Positions 1-12,640 of a stretch of DNA of 64,000 nt are shown here, piece by piece. Below the pieces are notes generated by a model. That model ran no database searches. It had not been told where the DNA came from and worked only from the letters and a program-made list of their open reading frames with translations. A program made the translations under genes and the position numbers. Positions within the stretch are counted from its first letter, which is position 1. Each line of letters opens with the position of its first letter. Origin of the DNA: Eledone cirrhosa (Eukaryota). The stretch covers positions 31,930,001 through 31,994,000 of the forward strand of contig OZ024742.1 in the NCBI GenBank assembly GCA_964016885.1. Direction: 5' to 3'.

Positions 1-1769
1 ATGTCTTCACTGTTACTTAACTGTTCCAACCTAATATCTGTGGTCTGTGGACTGTAGTCTCTGGTAACTCAATGTCTTCACTGTTACTTAACTGTTCCAA
101 CCTAATATCTGTGGTATGTGGACTGTGGTGTCTGGTAACTCAATGTCTTCACTGTTACTTAACTGTTCCAACCTAATATCTGTGGTCTCTGGACTGTAGT
201 CTCTGGTAACTCAATGTCTTCACTGTTACTTAACTGTTCCTACCTAATATCTGTAATCTGTGGACTGTAGTCTCTGGTAACTCAATGTCTTCACTGTTAC
301 TTAACTGTTCCAACCTAATGTCTGTGGTATGTGGACTGTAGTCTCTGGTAACTCAATGTCTTCACTGTTACTTAACTGTTCCAACCTAATGTCTGTGGTA
401 TGTGGACTGTAGTCTCTGGTAACTCAATGTCTTCACTGTTCCAACCTAATATCTGTGGTCTGTGGACTGTAGTCTCTGGTAACTCAATGTCTTCACTGTT
501 ACTTAACTGTTCCAACCTAATATCTGTGGTCTGTGGACTGTAGTCTCTGGTAACTCAATGTCTTCACTGTTATTTAACTGTTGCTACCTAATATCTGTAA
601 TCTGTGGACTGTAGTCTCTGGTAACTCAATGTCTTCACTGTTACTTAACTGTTCCAACCTAATGTCTGTGGTATGTGGACTGTAGTCTCTGGTAACTCAA
701 TGTCTTCACTGTTCCAACCTAATATCTGTGGTCTGTGGACTGTAGTCTCTGGTAACTCAATGTCTTCACTGTTACTTAACTGTTCAAACCTAATGTCTGT
801 GGTATGTGGACTGTAGTCTCTGGTAACTCAATGTCTTCACTGTTCCAACCTAATATCTGTGGTCTGTGGACTGTAGTCTCTGGTAACTCAATGTCTTCAC
901 TGTTACTTAACTGTTCCAACCTAATATCTGTGGTCTGTGGACTGTAGTCTGGTAACTCAATGTCTTCACTGTTACTTAACTGTTCCAACCTAATGTCTGT
1001 GGTCTGTGGACTGTAGTCTCTGGTAACTCAATGTCTTCACTGTTACTTAACTGTTCCAACCTAATATCTGTGGTATGTGGACTGTGGTCTCTGGTAACTC
1101 AATGTCTTCACTGTTACTTAACTGTTCCAACCTAATATCTGTGGTCTGTGGACTGTAGTCTCTGGTAACTCAATGTCTTCACTGTTACTTAACTGTTCCT
1201 ACCTAATATCTGTAATCTGTGGACTGTAGTCTCTGGTAACTCAATGTCTTCACTGTTACTTAACTGTTCCAACCTAATGTCTGTGGTATGTGGACTGTAG
1301 GCTCTGGTAACTCAATGTCTTCACTGTTCCAACCTAATATCTGTGGTCTGTGGACTGTAGTCTCTGGTAACTCAATGTCTTCACTGTTACTTAACTGTTC
1401 CAACCTAATATCTGTGGTCTGTGGACTGTAGTCTCTGGTAACTCAATGTCTTCACTGTTACTTAACTGTTCCAACCTAATATCTGTGGTATGTGGACTGT
1501 GGTCTCTGGTAACTCAATGTCTTCACTGTTACTTAACTGTTCCAACCTAATGTCTGTGGTATGTGGACTGTAGTCTCTGGTAACTCAATGTCTTCACTGT
1601 TCCAACCTAATATCTGTGGTCTGTGGACTGTAGTCTCTGGTAACTCAATGTCTTCACTGTTACTTAACTGTTCCAACCTAATATCTGTGATCTGTGGACT
1701 GTAGTCTCTGGTAACTCAATGTCTTCACTGTTACTTAACTGTTCCAACCTAATATCTGTGGTCTGTGGA

Positions 1770-4700
1770 CTGTAGTCTCTGGTAACTCAATGTCTTCACT
1801 GTTACTTAACCGTTCCAACCTAATATCTGTGGTATGTGGACTGTGGTCTCTGGTAACTCAATGTCTTCACTGTTACTTAACTGTTCCAACCTAATATCTG
1901 TGGTCTGTGGACTGTAGTCTCTGGTAACTCAATGTCTTCACTGTTACTTAACTGTTCCAACCTAATATCTGTGGTCTGTGGACTGTAGTCTCTGGTAACT
2001 CAATGTCTTCACTGTTACTTAACCGTTCCAACCTAATATCTGTGGTATGTGGACTGTGGTCTCTGGTAACTCAATGTCTTCACTGTTACTTAACTGTTCC
2101 AACCTAATATCTGTGGTCTGTGGACTGTAGTCTCTGGTAACTCAATGTCTTCACTGTTACTTAACTGTTCCTACCTAATATCTGTAATCTGTGGACTGTA
2201 GTCTCTGGTAACTCAATGTCTTCACTGTTACTTAACTGTTCCAACCTAATGTCTGTGGTATGTGGACTGTAGTCTCTGGTAACTCAATGTCTTCACTGTT
2301 CCAACCTAATATCTGTGGTCTGTGGACTGTAGTCTCTGGTAACTCAATGTCTTCACTGTTACTTAACTGTTCCAACCTAATATCTGTGGTCTGTGGACTG
2401 TAGTCTCTGGTAACTCAATGTCTTCACTGTTGCTTAACTGTTCCAACCTAATGTCTGTGGTCTGTGGACTGTAGTCTCTGGTAACTCAATGTCTTCACTG
2501 TTACTTAACTGTTCCAACCTAATATCTGTGGTATGTGGACTGTGGTGTCTGGTAACTCAATGTCTTCACTGTTACTTAACTGTTCCAACCTAATATCTGT
2601 GGTCTGTGGACTGTAGTCTCTGGTAACTCAATGTCTTCACTGTTACTTAACTGTTCCTACCTAATATCTGTAATCTGTGGACTGTAGTCTCTGGTAACTC
2701 AATGTCTTCACTGTTACTTAACTGTTCCAACCTAATGTCTGTTGTATGTGGACTGTAGTCTCTGGTAACTCAATGTCTTCACTGTTCCAACCTAATATCT
2801 GTGGTCTGTGGACTGTAGTCTCTGGTAACTCAATGTCTTCACTGTTACTTAACTGTTCCAACCTAATATCTGTGGTCTGTGAACTGTAGTCTCTGGTAAC
2901 TCAATGTCTTCACTGTTACTTAACTGTTCCAACCTAGTATCTGTGGTATGTGGACTGTGGTCTCTGGTAACTCAATGTCTTCACTGTTACTTAACTGTTC
3001 CAACCTAATATCTGTGGTCTGTGGACTGTAGTCTCTGGTAACTCAATGTCTTCACTGTTACTTAACTGTTCCTACCTAATATCTGTAATCTGTGGACTGT
3101 AGTCTCTGGTAACTCAATGTCTTCACTGTTACTTAACTGTTCCAACCTAATGTCTGTGGTATGTGGACTGTAGTCTCTGGTAACTCAATGTCTTCACTGT
3201 TCCAACCTAATATCTGTGGTCTGTGGACTGTAGTCTCTGGTAACTCAATGTCTTCACTGTTACTTAACTGTTCCAACCTAATGTCTGTGGTATGTGGACT
3301 GTAGTCTCTGGTAACTCAATGTCTTCACTGTTCCAACCTAATATCTGTGGTCTGTGGACTGTAGTCTCTGGTAACTCAATGTCTTCACTGTTACTTAACT
3401 GTTCCAACCTAATATCTGTGGTCTGTGGACTGTAGTCTGGTAACTCAATGTCTTCACTGTTACTTAACTGTTCCAACCTAATGTCTGTGGTCTGTGGACT
3501 GTAGTCTCTGGTAACTCAATGTCTTCACTGTTACTTAACTGTTCCAACCTAATATCTGTGGTATGTGGACTGTGGTCTCTGGTAACTCAATGTCTTCACT
3601 GTTACTTAACTGTTCCAACCTAATATCTGTGGTCTGTGGACTGTAGTCTCTGGTAACTCAATGTCTTCACTGTTACTTAACTGTTCCTACCTAATATCTG
3701 TAATCTGTGGACTGTAGTCTCTGGTAACTCAATGTCTTCACTGTTCCAACCTAATATCTGTGGTCTGTGGACTGTAGTCTCTGGTAACTCAATGTCTTCA
3801 CTGTTACTTAACTGTTCCAACCTAATATCTGTGGTCTGTGGACTGTAGTCTCTGGTAACTCAATGTCTTCACTGTTACTTAACTGTTCCAACCTAATATC
3901 TGTGGTCTGTGGACTTTAGTCTCTGGTAACTAAATGTCTTCACTGTTACTTAACTGTTCCAACCTAATATCTGTGGTATGTGGACTGTAGTGTCTGGTAA
4001 CTCAATGTCTTCACTGTTACTTAACTGTTCCAACCTAATGTCTGTGGTATGTGGACTGTAGTCTCTGGTAACTCAATGTCTTCACTGTTACTTAACTGTT
4101 CCTACCTAATATCTGTGGTCTGTGGACTGTAGTCTCTGGTAACTCAATGTCTTCACTGTTACTTAACTGTTCCAACCTAATGTCTGTGGTCTGTGGACTG
4201 TAGTCTTTGGTAACTCAATGTCTTCACTGTTACTTAACTGTTCCAACCTAATATCTGTGGTCTGTGGACTGTAGTCTCTGGTAACTCAATGTCTTCACTG
4301 TTATTTAACTGTTCCTACCTAATATCTGTAATCTGTGGACTGTAGTCTCTGGTAACTCAATGTCTTCACTGTTACTTAACTGTTCCAACCTAATATCTGT
4401 GGTCTGTGGACTGTAGTCTCTGGTAACTCAATGTCTTCACTGTTACTTAACTGTTCCAACCTAATGTCTGTGGTCTGTGGACTGTAGTCTCTGGTAACTC
4501 AATGTCTTCACCGTTCCAACCTAATATCTCTGGTCTGTGGACTGTAGTCTCTGGTAACTCAATGTCTTCACTGTTACTTAACTGTTCCAACCTAATGTGT
4601 GTGGTCTGTGGACTGTGGTCTCTGGTAACTCAATGTCTTCACTGTTACTTAACTGTTCCAACCTAATGTGTGTGGTCTGTGGACTGTGGTCTCTGGTAAC

Positions 4701-7700
4701 TCAATGTCTTCACTGTTACTTAACTGTTCCAACCTAATGTGTGTGGTCTGTGGACTGTGGTCTCTGGTAACTCAATGTCTTCACTGTTACTTAACTGTTC
4801 CAACCTAATGTCTGTGGTCTGTGGACTGTGGTCTCTGGTAACTCAATGTCTTCACTGTTACTTAACTGTTCCAACCTAATATCTGTGGTATGTGGACTGT
4901 GGTCACTGGTAACTCAATGTCTTCACTGTTACTTAACTGTTCCAACCTAATATCTGTGGTCTGTGGACTGTAGTCTCTGGTAACTCAATGTCTTCACTGT
5001 TACTTAACTGTTCCAACCTAATATCTGTGGTCTGTGGACTTTAGTCTCTGGTAACTAAATGTCTTCACTGTTACTTAACTGTTCCAACCTAATATCTGTG
5101 GTATGTGGACTGTAGTGTCTGGTAACTCAATGTCTTCACTGTTACTTAACTGTTCCAACCTAATATCTGTGATCTGTGGACTGTAGTCTCTGGTAACTCA
5201 ATGTCTTCACTGTTACTTAACTGTTCCAACCTAATGTCTGTGGTCTGTGGACTGTAGTCTCTGGTAACTCAATGTCTTCACTGTTACTTAACTGTTCCAA
5301 CCTAATGTCTGTGGTCTGTGGACTGTAGTCTCTGGTAACTCAATGTCTTCACTGTTACTTAACTGTTCCAACCTAATATCTGTGGTCTGTGGACTGTAGT
5401 CTCTGGTAACTCAATGTCTTCACTGTTACTTAACTGTTCCTACCTAATATCTGTAATCTGTGGACTGTAGTCTCTGGTAACTCAATGTCTTCACTGTTAC
5501 TTAACTGTTCCAACCTAATGTCTGTGGTATGTGGACTGTAGTCTCTGGTAACTCAATGTCTTCACTGTTCCAACCTAATATCTGTGGTCTGTGGACTGTA
5601 GTCTCTGGTAACTCAATGTCTTCACTGTTACTTAACTGTTCCAACCTAATATCTGTGGTCTGTGGACTGTAGTCTCTGGTAACTCAATGTCTTCACTGTT
5701 ACTTAACTGTTCCAACCTAATATCTGTGGTATGTGGACTGTGGTCTCTGGTAACTCAATGTCTTCACTGTTACTTAACTGTTCCAACCTAATATCTGTTG
5801 TCTGTGGACTGTAGTCTCTGGTAACTCAATGTCTTCACTGTTACTTAACTGTTCCTACCTAATATCTGTAATCTGTGGACTGTAGTCTCTGGTAACTCAA
5901 TGTCTTCACTGTTACTTAACTGTTCCAACCTAATGTCTGTGGTATGTGGACTGTAGTCTCTGGTAACTCAATGTCTTCACTGTTCCAACCTAATATCTGT
6001 GGTCTGTGGACTGTAGTCTCTGGTAACTCAATGTCTTCACTGTTACTTAACTGTTCCAACCTAATATCTGTGGTCTGTGGACTGTAGTCTCTGGTAACTC
6101 AATGTCTTCACTGTTACTTAACTGTTCCAACCTAATGTCTGTGGTCTGTGGACTGTAGTCTCTGGTAACTCAATGTCTTCACTGTTACTTAACTGTTCCA
6201 ACCTAATATCTGTGGTATGTAGACTGTGGTCTCTGGTAACTCAATGTCTTCACTGTTACTTAACTGTTCCAACCTAATATCTGTGGTCTGTGGACTGTAG
6301 TCTTTGGTAACACAATGTCTTCACTGTTACTTAACTGTTCCTACCTAATATCTGTAATCTGTGGACTGTAGTCTCTGGTAACTCAATGTCTTCACTGTTA
6401 CTTAACTGTTCCAACCTAATGTCTGTGGTATGTGGACTGTAGTCTCTGGTAACTCAATGTCTTCACTGTTCCAACCTAATATCTGTGGTCTGTGGACTGT
6501 AGTCTCTGGTAACTCAATGTCTTCACTGTTACTTAACTGTTCCAACCTAATATCTGTGGTCTGTGGACTGTAGTCTCTGGTAACTCAATGTCTTCACTGT
6601 TACTTAACTGTTCCAACCTAATGTCTGTGGTATGTGGACTGTGGTCTCTGGTAACTCAATGTCTTCACTGTTACTTAACTGTTCCAACCTAATATCTGTG
6701 GTCTGTGGACTGTAGTCTCTGGTAACTCAATGTCTTCACTGTTACTTAACTGTTCCAACCTAATATCTGTGGTATGTGGACTGTAGTCTCTGGTAACTCA
6801 ATGTCTTCACTGTTACTTAACTGTTCCAACCTAATGTCTGTGGTATGTGGACTGTAGTCTCTGGTAACTCAATGTCTTCACTGTTACTTAACTGTTCCAA
6901 CCTAATATCTGTGGTCTGTGGACTGTAGTCTCTGGTAACTCAATGTCTTCATTGTTACTTAACTGTTCCAACCTAATATCTGTGGTCTGTGGACTGTAGT
7001 CTCTGGTAACTCAATGTCTTCACTCTTACTTAACTGTTCCAACCTAATATCTGTGGTCTGTTGACTGTAGTCTCTGGTAACTCAATGTCTTCACTGTTAC
7101 TTAACTGTTCCTACCTAATATCTGTAATCTGTGGACTGTAGTCTCTTGTAACTCAATGTCTTCACTGTTACTTAACTGTTCCAACCTAATGTCTGTGGTC
7201 TGTGGACTGTAGTCTCTGGTAACTCAATGTCTTCACTGTTACTTAACCGTTCCAACCTAATATCTGTGGTATGTGGACTGTGGTCTCTGGTAACTCAATG
7301 TCTTCACTGTTACTTAACTGTTCCAACCTAATATCTGTGGTCTGTGGACTGTAGTCTCTGGTAACTCAATGTCTTCACTGTTACTTAACTGTTCCAACCT
7401 AATATCTGTGGTCTGTGGACTGTAGTCTCTGGTAACTCAATGTCTTCACTGTTACTTAACCGTTCCAACCTAATATCTGTGGTATGTGGACTGTGGTCTC
7501 TGGTAACTCAATGTCTTCACTGTTACTTAACTGTTCCAACCTAATATCTGTGGTCTGTGGACTGTAGTCTCTGGTAACTCAATGTCTTCACTGTTACTTA
7601 ACTGTTCCTACCTAATATCTGTAATCTGTGGACTGTAGTCTCTGGTAACTCAATGTCTTCACTGTTACTTAACTGTTCCAACCTAATGTCTGTGGTATGT

Positions 7701-10700
7701 GGACTGTAGTCTCTGGTAACTCAATGTCTTCACTGTTCCAACCTAATATCTGTGGTCTGTGGACTGTAGTCTCTGGTAACTCAATGTCTTCACTGTTACT
7801 TAACTGTTCCAACCTAATATCTGTGGTCTGTGGACTGTAGTCTCTGGTAACTCAATGTCTTCACTGTTGCTTAACTGTTCCAACCTAATGTCTGTGGTCT
7901 GTGGACTGTAGTCTCTGGTAACTCAATGTCTTCACTGTTACTTAACTGTTCCAACCTAATATCTGTGGTATGTGGACTGTGGTGTCTGGTAACTCAATGT
8001 CTTCACTGTTACTTAACTGTTCCAACCTAATATCTGTGGTCTGTGGACTGTAGTCTCTGGTAACTCAATGTCTTCACTGTTACTTAACTGTTCCTACCTA
8101 ATATCTGTAATCTGTGGACTGTAGTCTCTGGTAACTCAATGTCTTCACTGTTACTTAACTGTTCCAACCTAATGTCTGTTGTATGTGGACTGTAGTCTCT
8201 GGTAACTCAATGTCTTCACTGTTCCAACCTAATATCTGTGGTCTGTGGACTGTAGTCTCTGGTAACTCAATGTCTTCACTGTTACTTAACTGTTCCAACC
8301 TAATATCTGTGGTCTGTGAACTGTAGTCTCTGGTAACTCAATGTCTTCACTGTTACTTAACTGTTCCAACCTAGTATCTGTGGTATGTGGACTGTGGTCT
8401 CTGGTAACTCAATATCTTCACTGTTACTTAACTGTTCCAACCTAATATCTGTGGTCTGTGGACTGTAGTCTCTGGTAACTCAATGTCTTCACTGTTACTT
8501 AACTGTTCCTACCTAATATCTGTAATCTGTGGACTGTAGTCTCTGGTAACTCAATGTCTTCACTGTTACTTAACTGTTCCAACCTAATGTCTGTGGTATG
8601 TGGACTGTAGTCTCTGGTAACTCAATGTCTTCACTGTTCCAACCTAATATCTGTGGTCTGTGGACTGTAGTCTCTGGTAACTCAATGTCTTCACTGTTAC
8701 TTAACTGTTCCAACCTAATGTCTGTGGTATGTGGACTGTAGTCTCTGGTAACTCAATGTCTTCACTGTTCCAACCTAATATCTGTGGTCTGTGGACTGTA
8801 GTCTCTGGTAACTCAATGTCTTCACTGTTACTTAACTGTTCCAACCTAATATCTGTGGTCTGTGGACTGTAGTCTGGTAACTCAATGTCTTCACTGTTAC
8901 TTAACTGTTCCAACCTAATGTCTGTGGTCTGTGGACTGTAGTCTCTGGTAACTCAATGTCTTCACTGTTACTTAACTGTTCCAACCTAATATCTGTGGTA
9001 TGTGGACTGTGGTCTCTGGTAACTCAATGTCTTCACTGTTACTTAACTGTTCCAACCTAATATCTGTGGTCTGTGGACTGTAGTCTCTGGTAACTCAATG
9101 TCTTCACTGTTACTTAACTGTTCCTACCTAATATCTGTAATCTGTGGACTGTAGTCTCTGGTAACTCAATGTCTTCACTGTTCCAACCTAATATCTGTGG
9201 TCTGTGGACTGTAGTCTCTGGTAACTCAATGTCTTCACTGTTACTTAACTGTTCCAACCTAATATCTGTGGTCTGTGGACTGTAGTCTCTGGTAACTCAA
9301 TGTCTTCACTGTTACTTAACTGTTCCAACCTAATATCTGTGGTCTGTGGACTTTAGTCTCTGGTAACTAAATGTCTTCACTGTTACTTAACTGTTCCAAC
9401 CTAATATCTGTGGTATGTGGACTGTAGTGTCTGGTAACTCAATGTCTTCACTGTTACTTAACTGTTCCAACCTAATGTCTGTGGTATGTGGACTGTAGTC
9501 TCTGGTAACTCAATGTCTTCACTGTTACTTAACTGTTCCTACCTAATATCTGTGGTCTGTGGACTGTAGTCTCTGGTAACTCAATGTCTTCACTGTTACT
9601 TAACTGTTCCAACCTAATGTCTGTGGTCTGTGGACTGTAGTCTTTGGTAACTCAATGTCTTCACTGTTACTTAACTGTTCCAACCTAATATCTGTGGTCT
9701 GTGGACTGTAGTCTCTGGTAACTCAATGTCTTCACTGTTATTTAACTGTTCCTACCTAATATCTGTAATCTGTGGACTGTAGTCTCTGGTAACTCAATGT
9801 CTTCACTGTTACTTAACTGTTCCAACCTAATATCTGTGGTCTGTGGACTGTAGTCTCTGGTAACTCAATGTCTTCACTGTTACTTAACTGTTCCAACCTA
9901 ATGTCTGTGGTATGTGGACTGTAGTCTCTGGTAACTCAATGTCTTCACCGTTCCAACCTAATATCTCTGGTCTGTGGACTGTAGTCTCTGGTAACTCAAT
10001 GTCTTCACTGTTACTTAACTGTTCCAACCTAATGTGTGTGGTCTGTGGACTGTGGTCTCTGGTAACTCAATGTCTTCACTGTTACTTAACTGTTCCAACC
10101 TAATGTGTGTGGTCTGTGGACTGTGGTCTCTGGTAACTCAATGTCTTCACTGTTACTTAACTGTTCCAACCTAATGTGTGTGGTCTGTGGACTGTGGTCT
10201 CTGGTAACTCAATGTCTTCACTGTTACTTAACTGTTCCAACCTAATGTCTGTGGTCTGTGGACTGTGGTCTCTGGTAACTCAATGTCTTCACTGTTACTT
10301 AACTGTTCCAACCTAATATCTGTGGTATGTGGACTGTGGTCACTGGTAACTCAATGTCTTCACTGTTACTTAACTGTTCCAACCTAATATCTGTGGTCTG
10401 TGGACTGTAGTCTCTGGTAACTCAATGTCTTCACTGTTACTTAACTGTTCCAACCTAATATCTGTGGTCTGTGGACTTTAGTCTCTGGTAACTAAATGTC
10501 TTCACTGTTACTTAACTGTTCCAACCTAATATCTGTGGTATGTGGACTGTAGTGTCTGGTAACTCAATGTCTTCACTGTTACTTAACTGTTCCAACCTAA
10601 TATCTGTGATCTGTGGACTGTAGTCTCTGGTAACTCAATGTCTTCACTGTTACTTAACTGTTCCAACCTAATGTCTGTGGTCTGTGGACTGTAGTCTCTG

Positions 10701-12640
10701 GTAACTCAATGTCTTCACTGTTACTTAACTGTTCCAACCTAATGTCTGTGGTCTGTGGACTGTAGTCTCTGGTAACTCAATGTCTTCACTGTTACTTAAC
10801 TGTTCCAACCTAATATCTGTGGTCTGTGGACTGTAGTCTCTGGTAACTCAATGTCTTCACTGTTACTTAACTGTTCCTACCTAATATCTGTAATCTGTGG
10901 ACTGTAGTCTCTGGTAACTCAATGTCTTCACTGTTACTTAACTGTTCCAACCTAATGTCTGTGGTATGTGGACTGTAGTCTCTGGTAACTCAATGTCTTC
11001 ACTGTTCCAACCTAATATCTGTGGTCTGTGGACTGTAGTCTCTGGTAACTCAATGTCTTCACTGTTACTTAACTGTTCCAACCTAATATCTGTGGTCTGT
11101 GGACTGTAGTCTCTGGTAACTCAATGTCTTCACTGTTACTTAACTGTTCCAACCTAATATCTGTGGTATGTGGACTGTGGTCTCTGGTAACTCAATGTCT
11201 TCACTGTTACTTAACTGTTCCAACCTAATATCTGTTGTCTGTGGACTGTAGTCTCTGGTAACTCAATGTCTTCACTGTTACTTAACTGTTCCTACCTAAT
11301 ATCTGTAATCTGTGGACTGTAGTCTCTGGTAACTCAATGTCTTCACTGTTACTTAACTGTTCCAACCTAATGTCTGTGGTATGTGGACTGTAGTCTCTGG
11401 TAACTCAATGTCTTCACTGTTCCAACCTAATATCTGTGGTCTGTGGACTGTAGTCTCTGGTAACTCAATGTCTTCACTGTTACTTAACTGTTCCAACCTA
11501 ATATCTGTGGTCTGTGGACTGTAGTCTCTGGTAACTCAATGTCTTCACTGTTACTTAACTGTTCCAACCTAATGTCTGTGGTCTGTGGACTGTAGTCTCT
11601 GGTAACTCAATGTCTTCACTGTTACTTAACTGTTCCAACCTAATATCTGTGGTATGTAGACTGTGGTCTCTGGTAACTCAATGTCTTCACTGTTACTTAA
11701 CTGTTCCAACCTAATATCTGTGGTCTGTGGACTGTAGTCTTTGGTAACACAATGTCTTCACTGTTACTTAACTGTTCCTACCTAATATCTGTAATCTGTG
11801 GACTGTAGTCTCTGGTAACTCAATGTCTTCACTGTTACTTAACTGTTCCAACCTAATGTCTGTGGTATGTGGACTGTAGTCTCTGGTAACTCAATGTCTT
11901 CACTGTTCCAACCTAATATCTGTGGTCTGTGGACTGTAGTCTCTGGTAACTCAATGTCTTCACTGTTACTTAACTGTTCCAACCTAATATCTGTGGTCTG
12001 TGGACTGTAGTCTCTGGTAACTCAATGTCTTCACTGTTACTTAACTGTTCCAACCTAATGTCTGTGGTATGTGGACTGTGGTCTCTGGTAACTCAATGTC
12101 TTCACTGTTACTTAACTGTTCCAACCTAATATCTGTGGTCTGTGGACTGTAGTCTCTGGTAACTCAATGTCTTCACTGTTACTTAACTGTTCCAACCTAA
12201 TATCTGTGGTATGTGGACTGTAGTCTCTGGTAACTCAATGTCTTCACTGTTACTTAACTGTTCCAACCTAATGTCTGTGGTATGTGGACTGTAGTCTCTG
12301 GTAACTCAATGTCTTCACTGTTACTTAACTGTTCCAACCTAATATCTGTGGTCTGTGGACTGTAGTCTCTGGTAACTCAATGTCTTCACTGTTACTTAAC
12401 TGTTCCAACCTAATATCTGTGGTCTGTGGACTGTAGTCTCTGGTAACTCAATGTCTTCACTCTTACTTAACTGTTCCAACCTAATATCTGTGGTCTGTTG
12501 ACTGTAGTCTCTGGTAACTCAATGTCTTCACTGTTACTTAACTGTTCCTACCTAATATCTGTAATCTGTGGACTGTAGTCTCTTGTAACTCAATGTCTTC
12601 ACTGTTACTTAACTGTTCCAACCTAATGTCTGTGGTCTGT
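1770..12640. repeat. Tandem duplication, period 5437 bp (2 copies)
   Basis: Rare variants recur at +5437: AACCGTT 1811/7248, TCTTGTAA 7144/12581, and the ORF-track marker 3264/8701. Confidence 0.92.
2150..3250. repeat. Example of the basic higher-order cassette: CCTACC..GTAATC unit, AATGTC..GGTATG unit, 60-bp unit, then 1-4 further units
   Basis: The CCTACC marker falls at 2172, 2658 and 3073 (spacings 486 = 6x71+60 and 415 = 5x71+60). The same spacings occur at 5441/5856/6342. Spacing is 273 at 17577/17850 and 344 at 48454/48798. Confidence 0.9.

Noticed and set aside
64-87. Possible hairpin GTAAC...GTTAC, or a structured RNA/tRNA-sized unit
   Set aside because: The stem is only 5 bp, is lost in the 60-bp variant, and shows no compensatory changes. 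There is no cloverleaf or Pol III A/B box.
105-116. ATATCTGTGGTA resembles the murine leukaemia virus enhancer core, which sits in direct repeats of similar length
   Set aside because: The match is only about 12 bp, recalled from memory, with no other LTR features. It is most likely coincidence.
425-484. 60-bp unit is stop-free in one frame on each strand, suggesting a 20-aa repeat protein origin
   Set aside because: An open frame over 20 codons is common by chance, and 60-bp units were not seen in tandem, so no long ORF forms.
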